A stretch of DNA of 26,947 bases from Pseudomonadota bacterium (lineage in GTDB: Bacteria; Bdellovibrionota_G; JALEGL01; DATDPG01): NCBI GenBank assembly GCA_043804515.1, contig JAZDIZ010000172.1, forward strand, positions 1 through 26,947, in the 5' to 3' direction. Both the position numbers and the translations under genes were made by a program. The notes under the pieces were generated by a model. It saw only the letters and a list, made by a program, of their open reading frames with translations, was not told the origin of the DNA and ran no database searches. This document shows, one piece after another, positions 7,901-16,769 of the stretch (within the stretch, counting starts at the first letter, position 1; each line of letters starts with the position of its first letter).

Positions 7901-9463
7901 ATGACATTCCGGCGGATCGCTTGGGGGATACCCCTGCTCGGAGCGCTTGGTTTTGGCGTCTGCCAAGCCGCCCCGGCGGTCCCGGGAATCGCTCCGGGCA
8001 AGGAGCCACCCACAATCGAACAGATCTGCGCGAAGGCCACGGCCTCCAGCCCTCCCCGTTCGGATCCGGTTCCCGTCCTCCGGCGGGCCGCAATGTTTCA
8101 TCTTCTCCCGGTTCGTGCCTCGCTCCTGGGCCGGGCCCCCGCGGATGCGTTCGGTTCCTTCCCGCTCGACGGCGGCGGATACGAATCATCCACCGAGTCG
8201 ACGGTGTTTCACGCCCTCGATCTTCCGCGCTCCTGCCGCACGGACACTCAAATCGCCGGGATACAGCAGATCACAATGGAACAAGCCCGAAAGGAGAGGC
8301 TGTCCACCTCCCAAATCCGGCTTCTGAGTGAAAATCTGGCCCCCGGCCTCCTTGCGGACTCTCTTCTCTCCGAACGTCTCCGGCGCGAGATCACGAACAA
8401 AAAAATCGTTCGGTTCGGCCGGATGGTCGGGGAGGCCGCCGCGCTCGGTACGGTGGGGATCGGTTCAGTCTTGGTGACCAACGTGCTGTTGCTCCCCGAA
8501 ATCAAGGATCCTCTCGAGCGAAGGCTGGCTCAACTCGAGACCCAAAACCTTCTCCTGGCCCTGCATCCGAACCAATCCGCGCAGCCCCTCTCCGAGCTTC
8601 TCGTGATCGAACTCCGGACCGTTCGTCCCGACCTCGTCAAGAGCTACATGAAGACCCCGGTCGACCGGCTCGAGGGGGATTTGGACCGCGACTTCCGCAA
8701 GGCGCGCTTCATATTCGACGCTCTTCCCAATCGCGCGCGTTTCGCCCGGATGGCCGAGACCGCATATGCGTACGAGATCGCCCAAATCGGCCGGCAGAGC
8801 GCCGCGATCTGCTCGGCCCGCGAGGACCTGGCCGGTTATGACAATCTGATCTATCCGCAACTGATCCTGTCCGAAATCGATCCGCAATCGCCCGTGAGCA
8901 CCGGAGATCTGTGCCGCCTGCGCGCAAAGGCTCTTGAAAAACGCGCCCGAAACAAGATGCTTCAGGTCGGCGGCACGGCGGCGCTCGCCACGGTGAGCCT
9001 CGTGTCCCTGGGTGCCGGTGGTCTCGCGGCGGCAGGTGTCGGCGGGGTCGCTCTCGCTCAGTTCGGTGTGGAGGCGGGTCTGGTGGCCACTTCCATGGGT
9101 GTGATCCTCGCCGGATTTGATTTGGTGCGGCTTCCCGGCATGGAACGGCAGGCCCTGATCGCGGGCGGGCTGTTCCAGGCGCAATTGGCCACGTACGAAC
9201 AGAACAAGGAGATGGAATCCCAGCTGGCTTCGACGCTCTTCAATATGGTGATCACGGGGGTCGCGGCGCCGCTCGACGCCGCAGTGGCACTTCGCTCCTA
9301 CAAGGCGCTCAAAGCCGCGAAAGCTCTTGAAGCGGCCTCGGGCGAGGCAACGGCCGGTGCGCGCGCGTTGCGTACGGCGATGACCGGTGCCGAATCCTCA
9401 GCCGACGCGTGGGACGATCTTTTCCGGAGGGCGGCCGCCTGTGGCCTGGTTCCCGCGCCATAA
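7901..9463 (+). CDS. Uncharacterised exported protein with a Gly/Ala-rich hydrophobic hairpin
   Basis: Long ORF. The track start at 7877 falls inside the sigma54 box, so ATG 7901 is preferred. Signal-like N-terminus MTFRRIAWGIPLLGALGFGVCQA; hydrophobic tracts AAALGTVGIGSVLVTNVLLL and GGTAALATVSLVSLGAGGLAAAGVGGVALAQFGVEAGLVATSMGVILAGF. Confidence 0.75.
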   Translation: MTFRRIAWGIPLLGALGFGVCQAAPAVPGIAPGKEPPTIEQICAKATASSPPRSDPVPVLRRAAMFHLLPVRASLLGRAPADAFGSFPLDGGGYESSTESTVFHALDLPRSCRTDTQIAGIQQITMEQARKERLSTSQIRLLSENLAPGLLADSLLSERLRREITNKKIVRFGRMVGEAAALGTVGIGSVLVTNVLLLPEIKDPLERRLAQLETQNLLLALHPNQSAQPLSELLVIELRTVRPDLVKSYMKTPVDRLEGDLDRDFRKARFIFDALPNRARFARMAETAYAYEIAQIGRQSAAICSAREDLAGYDNLIYPQLILSEIDPQSPVSTGDLCRLRAKALEKRARNKMLQVGGTAALATVSLVSLGAGGLAAAGVGGVALAQFGVEAGLVATSMGVILAGFDLVRLPGMERQALIAGGLFQAQLATYEQNKEMESQLASTLFNMVITGVAAPLDAAVALRSYKALKAAKALEAASGEATAGARALRTAMTGAESSADAWDDLFRRAAACGLVPAP

Positions 9464-10997
9464 GCTGATCCGGGCGGTTCTGCTCGGTACGATCGTCGGT
9501 CTTTCGGCGCCTGCGCATGCGGAGGATTGCAGCCAGGTCAAGCGGGCGCTTCAACGCGCGGCCCAAGCGCTGCGGCGTGGAGACGTCCGCGCGCTCGCGG
9601 AAGCGCTGCTCCCCCAAACCGCGCTCCGGGAAGGAAAAATCGTGTCCGTCCTGCGGAGCGACGGAACCTGGAGCATCGGTGTTGTCCAAAAGATGCGGGG
9701 AAACAGGGTCCACGTGGCAACGATGAAAAATGGCTTCGTCCCCATCCATCTGGATCGGGCCGTAGACGATCTCTCCGTTTGGGACCGCACCCACATCACC
9801 AGGAAACAGAACGTTCGGGTCCTGACCGAGGATGAAGTCAGGAGGCTCCGGGAGGATCTCTTGGAGAAAAACATGATCGGCAAACCGAACCAAACGGTGC
9901 CGGTCGACATGGACTACATATTCCCGCCGAGGAAAGGCTCGCCGGCCTCCGCGGGCGCTTCCCGCGCACAGGCCGCACAAAGCGACCGGCCACCTCCCGC
10001 TCGCCCGGTGAAGGAACCGGCTGCTCCCGAACCGTCACGGCCGCTTGCCGACAACCCCGGCTGGCCCCTCATGCGCCAACACGGACTCCTGCCGAAATAT
10101 CCGTTCAAGTACGGCGACGTCGAATACGAGTTCGGTGAGTTTTTCTTGGACGATCATGGCCGGCTTCTCGTTCTGGCCAAAGTCCGCACGCCATCCGGCG
10201 AAGCGTATCGGGTTTACCTTCGATCGAACTCCCATGGTCCTTTTCAATTAGCACCGGCCGTCCGTCGCGTGTTCCACACGTTTTACGATAAGGGCTTGGG
10301 GAAGAATACGATGAACCTCCCCTCCGAAGTCCAGGAATTCCTGGCCCGTCGTCTGCTTGCTCTTCCTTCCGAAGAGGGTCTTCCCGTGATCCAGCCCGAG
10401 GACCTGCGGGGGATAATCCCGTTTCCACAAAGCCCGGAGGAATTCGCAGCCTGGTATCACGGCCCGGACCACATGCGCAACACACTCGAGGAGCCCAGGC
10501 CGTTCATCGAAACGGTCGCTCCGGCGGAACCAGGCGCGTTCGCGGAAATACCCGAGGGAAAAGTGCTTCGTCCTCAATTCGTCCGGATCGCAAATGAGGG
10601 TGAGCGTCCCGATTACTCCCGCCTGGTGCGCTCGTTTAAAACACGGAGCCCGATTTCCGGAGATTTGGATGTCCTTGTTTATCACTCAAAGAATGGCACG
10701 TTGGAATACATGCTCTTCCGCGACGCTTCCGGCCACGCCTGGTTCGGGGACGTTTCCGACCTGACATCGGAGATCACGACTCACGGAGTCCGCCGCGGCC
10801 CGATCGCCTCGCAGGCGATAGTCGCTCCCCGCTACCAGTACTGGAACGGCATTCCGGAGGGATACCACGGGCCCCGCAACCCCGCAGTGGATGGCGTTTA
10901 CTTCGACCAGTGGAACTACGTCCGGGAGCTTCCCGAAATCCAAGCGTTCTATGCCTCGCGGGGGCTTCCGGTCCCCCTTCCCGTTTCCGCTCATTGA
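9441..10997 (+). CDS. Uncharacterised exported protein (SH3/Tudor-like segment, Pro-rich linker, C-terminal globular domain)
   Basis: GGAGG at 9426-9430 and an in-frame GTG at 9441 give the signal peptide MAWFPRHKLIRAVLLGTIVGLSAPAHA/EDC. It overlaps the upstream stop by 23 bp. Confidence 0.75.
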   Translation: MAWFPRHKLIRAVLLGTIVGLSAPAHAEDCSQVKRALQRAAQALRRGDVRALAEALLPQTALREGKIVSVLRSDGTWSIGVVQKMRGNRVHVATMKNGFVPIHLDRAVDDLSVWDRTHITRKQNVRVLTEDEVRRLREDLLEKNMIGKPNQTVPVDMDYIFPPRKGSPASAGASRAQAAQSDRPPPARPVKEPAAPEPSRPLADNPGWPLMRQHGLLPKYPFKYGDVEYEFGEFFLDDHGRLLVLAKVRTPSGEAYRVYLRSNSHGPFQLAPAVRRVFHTFYDKGLGKNTMNLPSEVQEFLARRLLALPSEEGLPVIQPEDLRGIIPFPQSPEEFAAWYHGPDHMRNTLEEPRPFIETVAPAEPGAFAEIPEGKVLRPQFVRIANEGERPDYSRLVRSFKTRSPISGDLDVLVYHSKNGTLEYMLFRDASGHAWFGDVSDLTSEITTHGVRRGPIASQAIVAPRYQYWNGIPEGYHGPRNPAVDGVYFDQWNYVRELPEIQAFYASRGLPVPLPVSAH

Positions 10998-11044
10998 CGA
11001 CAAGCTCGGTAACTTCGAGGCAAGCGCCAAACACCATATTGACG

Positions 11045-11215
11045 CCGGCGCTCACGACGCGCGGGATGAAGGAAAAGGAAATGCTTCAGATCGGCGAATG
11101 GATCGATCGCGTGATTTCAAAGCCCGCCGATGAAAGCACGCTCAAGACCGTCCGGGCCGAGATCGGGAAATTCTGCGAGAAGTTTTCGATCTATCAGAAC
11201 CTTTTGATTTCGTAG
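11045..11215 (+). pseudogene. glyA: Direct repeat copy 2: detached glyA 3' fragment (last 56 codons plus stop)
   Basis: Translates as [56 protein letters not shown]; GlyA ends ...[33 protein letters not shown]. Confidence 0.95.
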
Positions 11216-11307
11216 GCAAAATCGAAACGCCAGCTGGCACGTGTGAAGGGCCCCGGATTTGGAATTTTCTTACTACGCAAGATTCAGGGAGCTAAGATGA
11301 AGTCACC

Positions 11308-12717
11308 ATGTTCGGATGGATATGGAATCTCCTGCTACTTGCAGGCGTGCTGTTTCTCCTTCGCGGGCGACGTGGCCGTTCTTTCACGAAGCGATTCCAA
11401 GCGCTCCTGGATCAAGCTGTCGGCAAGAACCTGATCACGTCCGACCAACGTACCGCCCTTATCGAATGCGCCTCGGCTCAGCGGCAAGGAATCACGCTTG
11501 CGGCTTCCGCGTGGGTGGCGATTCTCGCCGGATTGTTCGTTATCGCGGGCCTGTCGCTCGTGATTTCCTACAATTGGGCCAAGATCGGGCCGCTTCCGCG
11601 TGTCGTCGCGTTTCTTCTGCTGTTTGTCGCCGTCGGCGAAGGCTATGTCCGGACGCGGAACCGCAGCCGGGCGATTCACCTCCCGCTGGAGTTTGCTTGG
11701 TTCTTCTTTCCCCTCCTCGGCATCGGTCTCTACGCGCAGACTTTTCAGCTTTCCGGCGATCCGATTAAGCCCTTCCTCGTTTGGCTCGCGCTCACGTTCC
11801 CACTGGTGTGGCTGAGTCCATACTCTTATGTCGGCATCGTGCATTTCTTGGCGCTGGTTGCCGTGCTGTTCACCGGGAATTTTACCCCCGGCATGTTGAG
11901 TCTTCTGACGCGGCAGCACGGAATCGTGACGGCGGTGGATCCCGTCGCGTGTCTTCTTACCGTCGTGATCTGGGGCATGATGATCCTTCAAACCAGGCGC
12001 TTCCTCCCTCCCACACATCGAACTCACTTGGTCGGCCTGGGAGCCATCTGGATCATGAGCCTGCTTTTCGCCCAAACCCCTTTGTACATCGACCACGCAG
12101 GCTGGCTGTTGACGGCGGGAATGGCGTTTTCCGTTCTTTGGATGCTGACCCCTCTATGGTCACGGTCGATCGAACGACCGACGGTTTCGGGCGCCGTTCC
12201 GTGGCTGGGACTCATCTACGGCATGACCTTCCTTTGGCATGCGGATAAACCTTTTCAAGGGACGCCTTCGTCGCCGGGGCTCGCAGTTACGATCTTAGCT
12301 CTGGTGGCGGCTGCGCTCGTCACATATCTCACGCCCCTGTCCCGATTGCAGGTGAGGGGCGCCTGGGCCGCGGTGACTCGTTTGTGCATCGGCGCTTCGA
12401 TCGTCCTGCAGCTCCTCGCATTGGCCGATAACGTCATCATGCTTCACAGCCTTGCTATCGCGGCGAATCTTTTGTTGGCTCTGATCGCCCTCCTCCTGAT
12501 GTGGCATGGAGGTAAAGTCGGCGTCACGAATCATGTAAACGTAGGTGTCGCGCTGTTGGTGCTACTCCTTATCACGAGGTTCATCGATGTGCTTGGCGAC
12601 ATGTTCCGAAGCGGCATCGGACTGATGGCGGCGGGCCTTCTCCTGGCTGCGCTGGCTTATGGGCTGGACCGCGGGCGGAAAAAGCTGATCGCCATGGGCA
12701 GGGAGGCCGCGCCATGA
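11308..12717 (+). CDS. DUF2157 family polytopic membrane protein
   Basis: Motifs LITSDQ..AL, GLSLVISYNW..I, IGLYAQTFQLSG and WLAL..PL, and a C-terminal RFIDVLG.M...G..L...G.LL. It has many TM segments and is paired with a GDYXXLXY gene, as is typical. Confidence 0.8.
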   Translation: MFGWIWNLLLLAGVLFLLRGRRGRSFTKRFQALLDQAVGKNLITSDQRTALIECASAQRQGITLAASAWVAILAGLFVIAGLSLVISYNWAKIGPLPRVVAFLLLFVAVGEGYVRTRNRSRAIHLPLEFAWFFFPLLGIGLYAQTFQLSGDPIKPFLVWLALTFPLVWLSPYSYVGIVHFLALVAVLFTGNFTPGMLSLLTRQHGIVTAVDPVACLLTVVIWGMMILQTRRFLPPTHRTHLVGLGAIWIMSLLFAQTPLYIDHAGWLLTAGMAFSVLWMLTPLWSRSIERPTVSGAVPWLGLIYGMTFLWHADKPFQGTPSSPGLAVTILALVAAALVTYLTPLSRLQVRGAWAAVTRLCIGASIVLQLLALADNVIMLHSLAIAANLLLALIALLLMWHGGKVGVTNHVNVGVALLVLLLITRFIDVLGDMFRSGIGLMAAGLLLAALAYGLDRGRKKLIAMGREAAP

Positions 12718-13223
12718 AGTGGCTTCGGTACGTTCTCTTGGCGCACGTCCTCTTTTTCGGTCTCTGGGGGGGCTACCTTCTCACATCGCACCAAGACGCA
12801 TCCGTAATTTGGTTGGAGACAAGTCCGATCGATCCACGTGACTTATTGAGTGGTCATTTCGTGGCCTTACGATTCGAAAAATTGGAAAACCCGGCAGTGC
12901 AGGGATGCCTGCCGACAACTCCATCCGTTCCGCTGTTTGTCCGGCTGGAACCGAGCGCAAGGACCATTCCAACGGTGGACGGTCCGAAGGAGGCATGGAT
13001 TCCCGTGGAATGCAGAATCGGATCCGTGCCGGAATCGGATACTCGGATCTGGATGCGTGGATTCCGGTCGCTACCGGGAAACCGATTGAACTACGGAATC
13101 GATCGCTTCTATGTGCCGGAGACCAGTGCTCTTAGACAGGCACGCAGCGGACAGGTTATCGCCGGAATCAGCATTAACAGGCGACGTGACGCCCGAATTA
13201 CCGATCTTCTGCGCTTGAAATAG
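12714..13223 (+). CDS. GDYXXLXY-domain membrane-anchored protein
   Basis: N-terminal TM, LETSPIDPRDLLSGHFVALRF (variant of PxDPRxLLxGDYxxLxY) and YGIDRFYVPE; ATGA overlap with the upstream gene. Confidence 0.85.
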   Translation: MKWLRYVLLAHVLFFGLWGGYLLTSHQDASVIWLETSPIDPRDLLSGHFVALRFEKLENPAVQGCLPTTPSVPLFVRLEPSARTIPTVDGPKEAWIPVECRIGSVPESDTRIWMRGFRSLPGNRLNYGIDRFYVPETSALRQARSGQVIAGISINRRRDARITDLLRLK

Positions 13224-13332
13224 CCAGCCTAGCCACCGGCCCAGGTGGCCCAGGTATCAGGCACCTTTCAGCACTTTTCAGCAATATCCAAAAGGAAGCA
13301 GGTACCTCATGAGTGTGCTAAAGGACTCCCGG

Positions 13333-14445
13333 ATGGCGGATGAGAGGACAGACCGCTACTTCATGCACCGCGCATTGGCGTTGGCCCGGCGGGGACTGGG
13401 CGGTACACAACCCAATCCGCTGGTGGGAGCTGTCGTTGTAAAAGACGGGAACATCGTCGGACGCGGATATCACAAGAGGGCCGGCGAGGCCCACGCCGAA
13501 GTGATCGCCTTGGACCAGGCCGGAGCAAAAGCGCGGGGAGCCACGCTCTACGTCACGCTCGAGCCGTGCAGCCACTTTGGCCGGACGCCTCCATGCGCGG
13601 ACCGCGTGATCGCCAGCGGCGTAAAACGCGTTGTGATCGCGACGCCGGACCCGAATCCTGTCTCCGGCGGCGGAATCACGAAACTCCGGACAGCGGGGCT
13701 GGATCTTTCCGTCGGGTGCCGGCAAGCGCAGGCGGAGCGCCTGGCTCTGCCGTATCTTTTCGCTCTCAAACAAGGACGCCCGCTGGTTACGGCCCGAGCG
13801 GCCGTTACGCTGGACGGGAAAATCGGAGTCCGGGGCGGGAGAATTCAGATCTCGGGCCCGGCGTGTGAGAACACTCGGATGAAACTGCGCGCGGAAGCGG
13901 GCGCGATCCTCGTCGGCATTTCAACGCTTCTGAACGACGATCCTCTTCTCACCGTTCGCGGCCCATTCGCCGCCCGAAAGCCGATCCGTGCCGTCGTGGA
14001 TCCGGATTTCAAAACGCCCGCTTCGAGTCGGCTCATTAACTCCGAGGGAGGGGCCGTACGGGTTTACGGCCGGGCGGACATCGAGGGCACGCCCGAAGGA
14101 GCGGGGCGAGTGGCGGAACTCAAGAACCACGGGGCAACCGTGGTTGCATTGAAACCGAATCAATCAGGGAAACTGGACTCGATGGAGATTCTGAAAGATC
14201 TGGCGGGCCAGGGAGTGAATGCCGTTCTCGTGGAGGGCGGGGCTGGCGTCTATCATTACATGGCGCGAGCCGGGCTTGTGGACCGCTGGCGGATTTTTCT
14301 CTCACCGACGCTCTTAGGCCCCTCCGTGAACGGACAACCTACCGTCCCCTTCTGGGCCGACGGGGGCTTTTCCTTAAGATTTCAATCTGTTATAAGGCAT
14401 GGCGCCGACTGGGAGATTTCGGCGGTTTCAGAAAAAGAACAATAA
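13333..14445 (+). CDS. ribD: Bifunctional riboflavin deaminase/reductase
   Basis: PNPLVGAVVV, HAE, TLEPCSHFGRTPPC, TLDGKI, DDPLLTVR and VEGG. AAGGA at 13321-13325 favours ATG 13333 (alternative 13309). Confidence 0.95.
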   Translation: MADERTDRYFMHRALALARRGLGGTQPNPLVGAVVVKDGNIVGRGYHKRAGEAHAEVIALDQAGAKARGATLYVTLEPCSHFGRTPPCADRVIASGVKRVVIATPDPNPVSGGGITKLRTAGLDLSVGCRQAQAERLALPYLFALKQGRPLVTARAAVTLDGKIGVRGGRIQISGPACENTRMKLRAEAGAILVGISTLLNDDPLLTVRGPFAARKPIRAVVDPDFKTPASSRLINSEGGAVRVYGRADIEGTPEGAGRVAELKNHGATVVALKPNQSGKLDSMEILKDLAGQGVNAVLVEGGAGVYHYMARAGLVDRWRIFLSPTLLGPSVNGQPTVPFWADGGFSLRFQSVIRHGADWEISAVSEKEQ

Positions 14446-14459
14446 AATCAGGCTCTTAT

Positions 14460-15062
14460 ATGTTTACTGGAATTGTGGAAACAGCGGCCTCGGCTCAAAG
14501 TTGTGACAACGGCCGCTTGATCATTTCGAACCCCTGGTCCGTTCCCGAACTTCATCTGGGGCAAAGCGTTTCCGTCGCCGGGTGTTGTCTGACGGTCGTG
14601 GAATTCAGCAACGATCGGATCGCGTTTGACGTTTCCCCCGAAACGCTCGCCCGAACCAAATTCCGAGGCATCCGGAACGGCGACCCCGTCAACCTGGAGC
14701 GCGGCCTGAAAATCGGGGACGCCCTGGACGGCCACCTGGTCACGGGACACGTGGACGCAACCGGAACCGTCCGCAGCGTGGAGAATCTGGATCTGGACGC
14801 AAAGCGCATATGGGTGGATGCCGAATCGCTTCGCTGGATCGTCGAGAAAGGCTCCGTCTCCATCGACGGCGTCAGCCTCACGGTCAACGATGTGGACGAC
14901 CACGGCTTCTCGTTCGTCCTCATTCCCCACACGCTTTCGATCACCTCTTTAAGTTCTCTCAAGCCTTCGGACCTGGTGAACATCGAGTTCGACCTGGTCG
15001 CCAAATACATCGAGCGGATCCTGGGCCCCTACGCGGAAAAGCTGAAGGAGAGGTGCCCATGA
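14460..15062 (+). CDS. ribE: Riboflavin synthase (alpha chain)
   Basis: MFTGIVE N-terminus, [33 protein letters not shown] and IPHT. Confidence 0.96.
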   Translation: MFTGIVETAASAQSCDNGRLIISNPWSVPELHLGQSVSVAGCCLTVVEFSNDRIAFDVSPETLARTKFRGIRNGDPVNLERGLKIGDALDGHLVTGHVDATGTVRSVENLDLDAKRIWVDAESLRWIVEKGSVSIDGVSLTVNDVDDHGFSFVLIPHTLSITSLSSLKPSDLVNIEFDLVAKYIERILGPYAEKLKERCP

Positions 15063-16273
15063 AGCACAAATTGGCGAGCATAGGGCATGCCCTTGAGGCG
15101 TTCCGCTCCGGCCGGATGGTGATCTTGGTGGACGACGAGGGCCGGGAGAACGAAGGCGACCTCACCCTGGCGGCCGAAAAGGTCACGCCCGAGGCGATCA
15201 ACTTCATGTCGAAGCACGCCCGCGGATTGATCTGTCTTTCGCTTACCGAAGAACGCTGCGACCAGCTGAAGCTCCCTCAAATGGTGAATGAGAATACCTC
15301 GCGGTTCGGGACCGCCTTCACCGTATCCATAGAGGCCAAAGAGGGGGTCACGACCGGGATCTCGGCGTACGACCGAGCGCATACGATCCGGACGGCGATC
15401 GACGACGACGCCCGCCCGGAAGCCCTGGCCAGGCCCGGCCACATTTTCCCGCTGCGGGCGCGGGAAGGCGGCGTGCTCGTGCGAAGCGGCCAGACGGAAG
15501 GCTCCGTGGATCTGGCGCGCCTCGCGGGATTCCAACCCGCGGCGGTGATCTGCGAAATCATGAAGTCGGACGGCACGATGGCGCGCATGCCGGAACTTAC
15601 GCGCTTTTCAAAACGGCACGGCATCCCCATCCTCCAGATCGCGGACCTGATCGCGTACCGCCTCCGCAACGAGAGCCTCGTCAAGGAGGTCGCGTCCAGC
15701 CGGCTTCCGAGCATCTTCGGCGCCAAATTCCGCGTGCGCCTTTTCGAAAGCGAGATCGACAAGTTCCTGCACGTGGCCTTGATTCACGGAGACGTCCGGC
15801 CCGAGGACCCGACGCTCGTCCGGGTCCATTCGGAATGCTTCACCGGCGACGTCCTCGGCTCCCTCCGATGCGACTGCCGCGAGCAGCTCCACATGTCCCT
15901 GGAACAGATCGCCAAGGCGCCGAGCGGCGTGCTGCTATACATCCGGCAGGAGGGCCGCGGGATCGGCCTCGTGAACAAGATCCGGGCGTACGAGCTCCAG
16001 GACGAAGGGCACGACACCGTCACCGCCAACGAGAAGCTCGGGTTCAAGGCGGATCTTAGAGAGTACGGCGTGGGAGCGCAGATCCTCACGATGCTCGGCG
16101 TACGAAAGATGAAGCTTCTCACGAACAACCCCCGCAAAATCGTGGGCCTGGAAGGATACGGTCTCAAAGTCGTGGAGCGTGTCCCGATCGCGGTCTCGCC
16201 GAATCCGAACAACCTCCGCTACCTCACAACGAAGAAGAAACGCCTCGGGCATCTTCTCGACCTGAAGGGTTGA
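15059..16273 (+). CDS. ribBA: Bifunctional DHBP synthase / GTP cyclohydrolase II
   Basis: The start ATG 15059 overlaps the ribE stop (ATGA, RBS AAGGAG). Motifs [54 protein letters not shown] and LTNNPRK. Confidence 0.97.
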   Translation: MKHKLASIGHALEAFRSGRMVILVDDEGRENEGDLTLAAEKVTPEAINFMSKHARGLICLSLTEERCDQLKLPQMVNENTSRFGTAFTVSIEAKEGVTTGISAYDRAHTIRTAIDDDARPEALARPGHIFPLRAREGGVLVRSGQTEGSVDLARLAGFQPAAVICEIMKSDGTMARMPELTRFSKRHGIPILQIADLIAYRLRNESLVKEVASSRLPSIFGAKFRVRLFESEIDKFLHVALIHGDVRPEDPTLVRVHSECFTGDVLGSLRCDCREQLHMSLEQIAKAPSGVLLYIRQEGRGIGLVNKIRAYELQDEGHDTVTANEKLGFKADLREYGVGAQILTMLGVRKMKLLTNNPRKIVGLEGYGLKVVERVPIAVSPNPNNLRYLTTKKKRLGHLLDLKG

Positions 16274-16274
16274 C

Positions 16275-16769
16275 ATGAAACCGCCACGTCCCACGCGCCG
16301 CCCGCTTCCCCGAGCCGCCGTCCGAAGCGTGGCGGTCCTGGTAAGCCGGTACCACGAAGAGATCACGGCCTGTCTGGCTGACGGAGCCGAGCGGGTCCTC
16401 AAGAAAGCCGGAGTCTCCCGGATCGACAAATTCCAGGTACCGGGAGCTTATGAGCTTCCGCAGGCCGCGCAGGCCGCAGTCGCAAATGGCGGATACGACG
16501 CGGTGGTGGCCCTCGGCTGCATCGTCCGGGGGGAGACGCCACATTTCGAGTACATCGCCCAGGCCGTGGCGAACGGTTTGGACGAGGTGGGCCGCCGCTC
16601 CGGGACCGCCGTGGCCTTCGGAGTGCTCACCGTGGACCGGATCGAACAGGCTTTCGAGCGGGCGGGTGGGCGCGCGGGAAACAAGGGAGAAGAGGCCGCC
16701 TCCGCCGCGCTGGAGCTCGCGGGCCTTCTTCGGAGAATGCGAAATGGGAAGCCGCCGAAGAGCGCGTGA
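16275..16769 (+). CDS. ribH: 6,7-dimethyl-8-ribityllumazine synthase
   Basis: VPGAYELP, LGCIVRGETPHFEYI, FGVLT and GNKGEEAA. Confidence 0.96.
   Translation: MKPPRPTRRPLPRAAVRSVAVLVSRYHEEITACLADGAERVLKKAGVSRIDKFQVPGAYELPQAAQAAVANGGYDAVVALGCIVRGETPHFEYIAQAVANGLDEVGRRSGTAVAFGVLTVDRIEQAFERAGGRAGNKGEEAASAALELAGLLRRMRNGKPPKSA

Larger units (their letters stand above)
7670..11044. mobile_element. Integrase-less accessory cassette bounded by duplicated glyA 3' ends
   Basis: Flanked by the 171-bp direct repeat and interrupts the usual glyA-(nrdR)-ribD order. It holds two uncharacterised exported proteins and no recognisable recombinase or transposase. Confidence 0.7.

Noticed and set aside
10986..11004. 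CCGCTCATTGACGACAAG resembling glyA CCGTTCGACGACAAA as an extension of the repeat
   Set aside because: The offset (3542) differs from that of the main repeat (3546), the match is short and the intervening ~40 bp do not align. Probably chance.
10910..11215. 101-aa ORF in the track as a real gene
   Set aside because: Its C-terminal half is the duplicated glyA tail and its N-terminal part overlaps the preceding gene in another frame. The in-frame TTG at 11039 has no well-placed RBS.
11234..11250. CTGGCACG as a sigma54 promoter for the DUF2157 gene
   Set aside because: The -24 half is good, but the -12 position reads AAGG instead of TTGC.
13239..13292. Possible nrdR C-terminal remnant (AQVAQVSGTFQHFSAISK versus the typical DQVAYVRFASVYRxF)
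   Set aside because: The similarity is limited to QVAxV, needs gaps, and is explained by the 9-bp tandem repeat.
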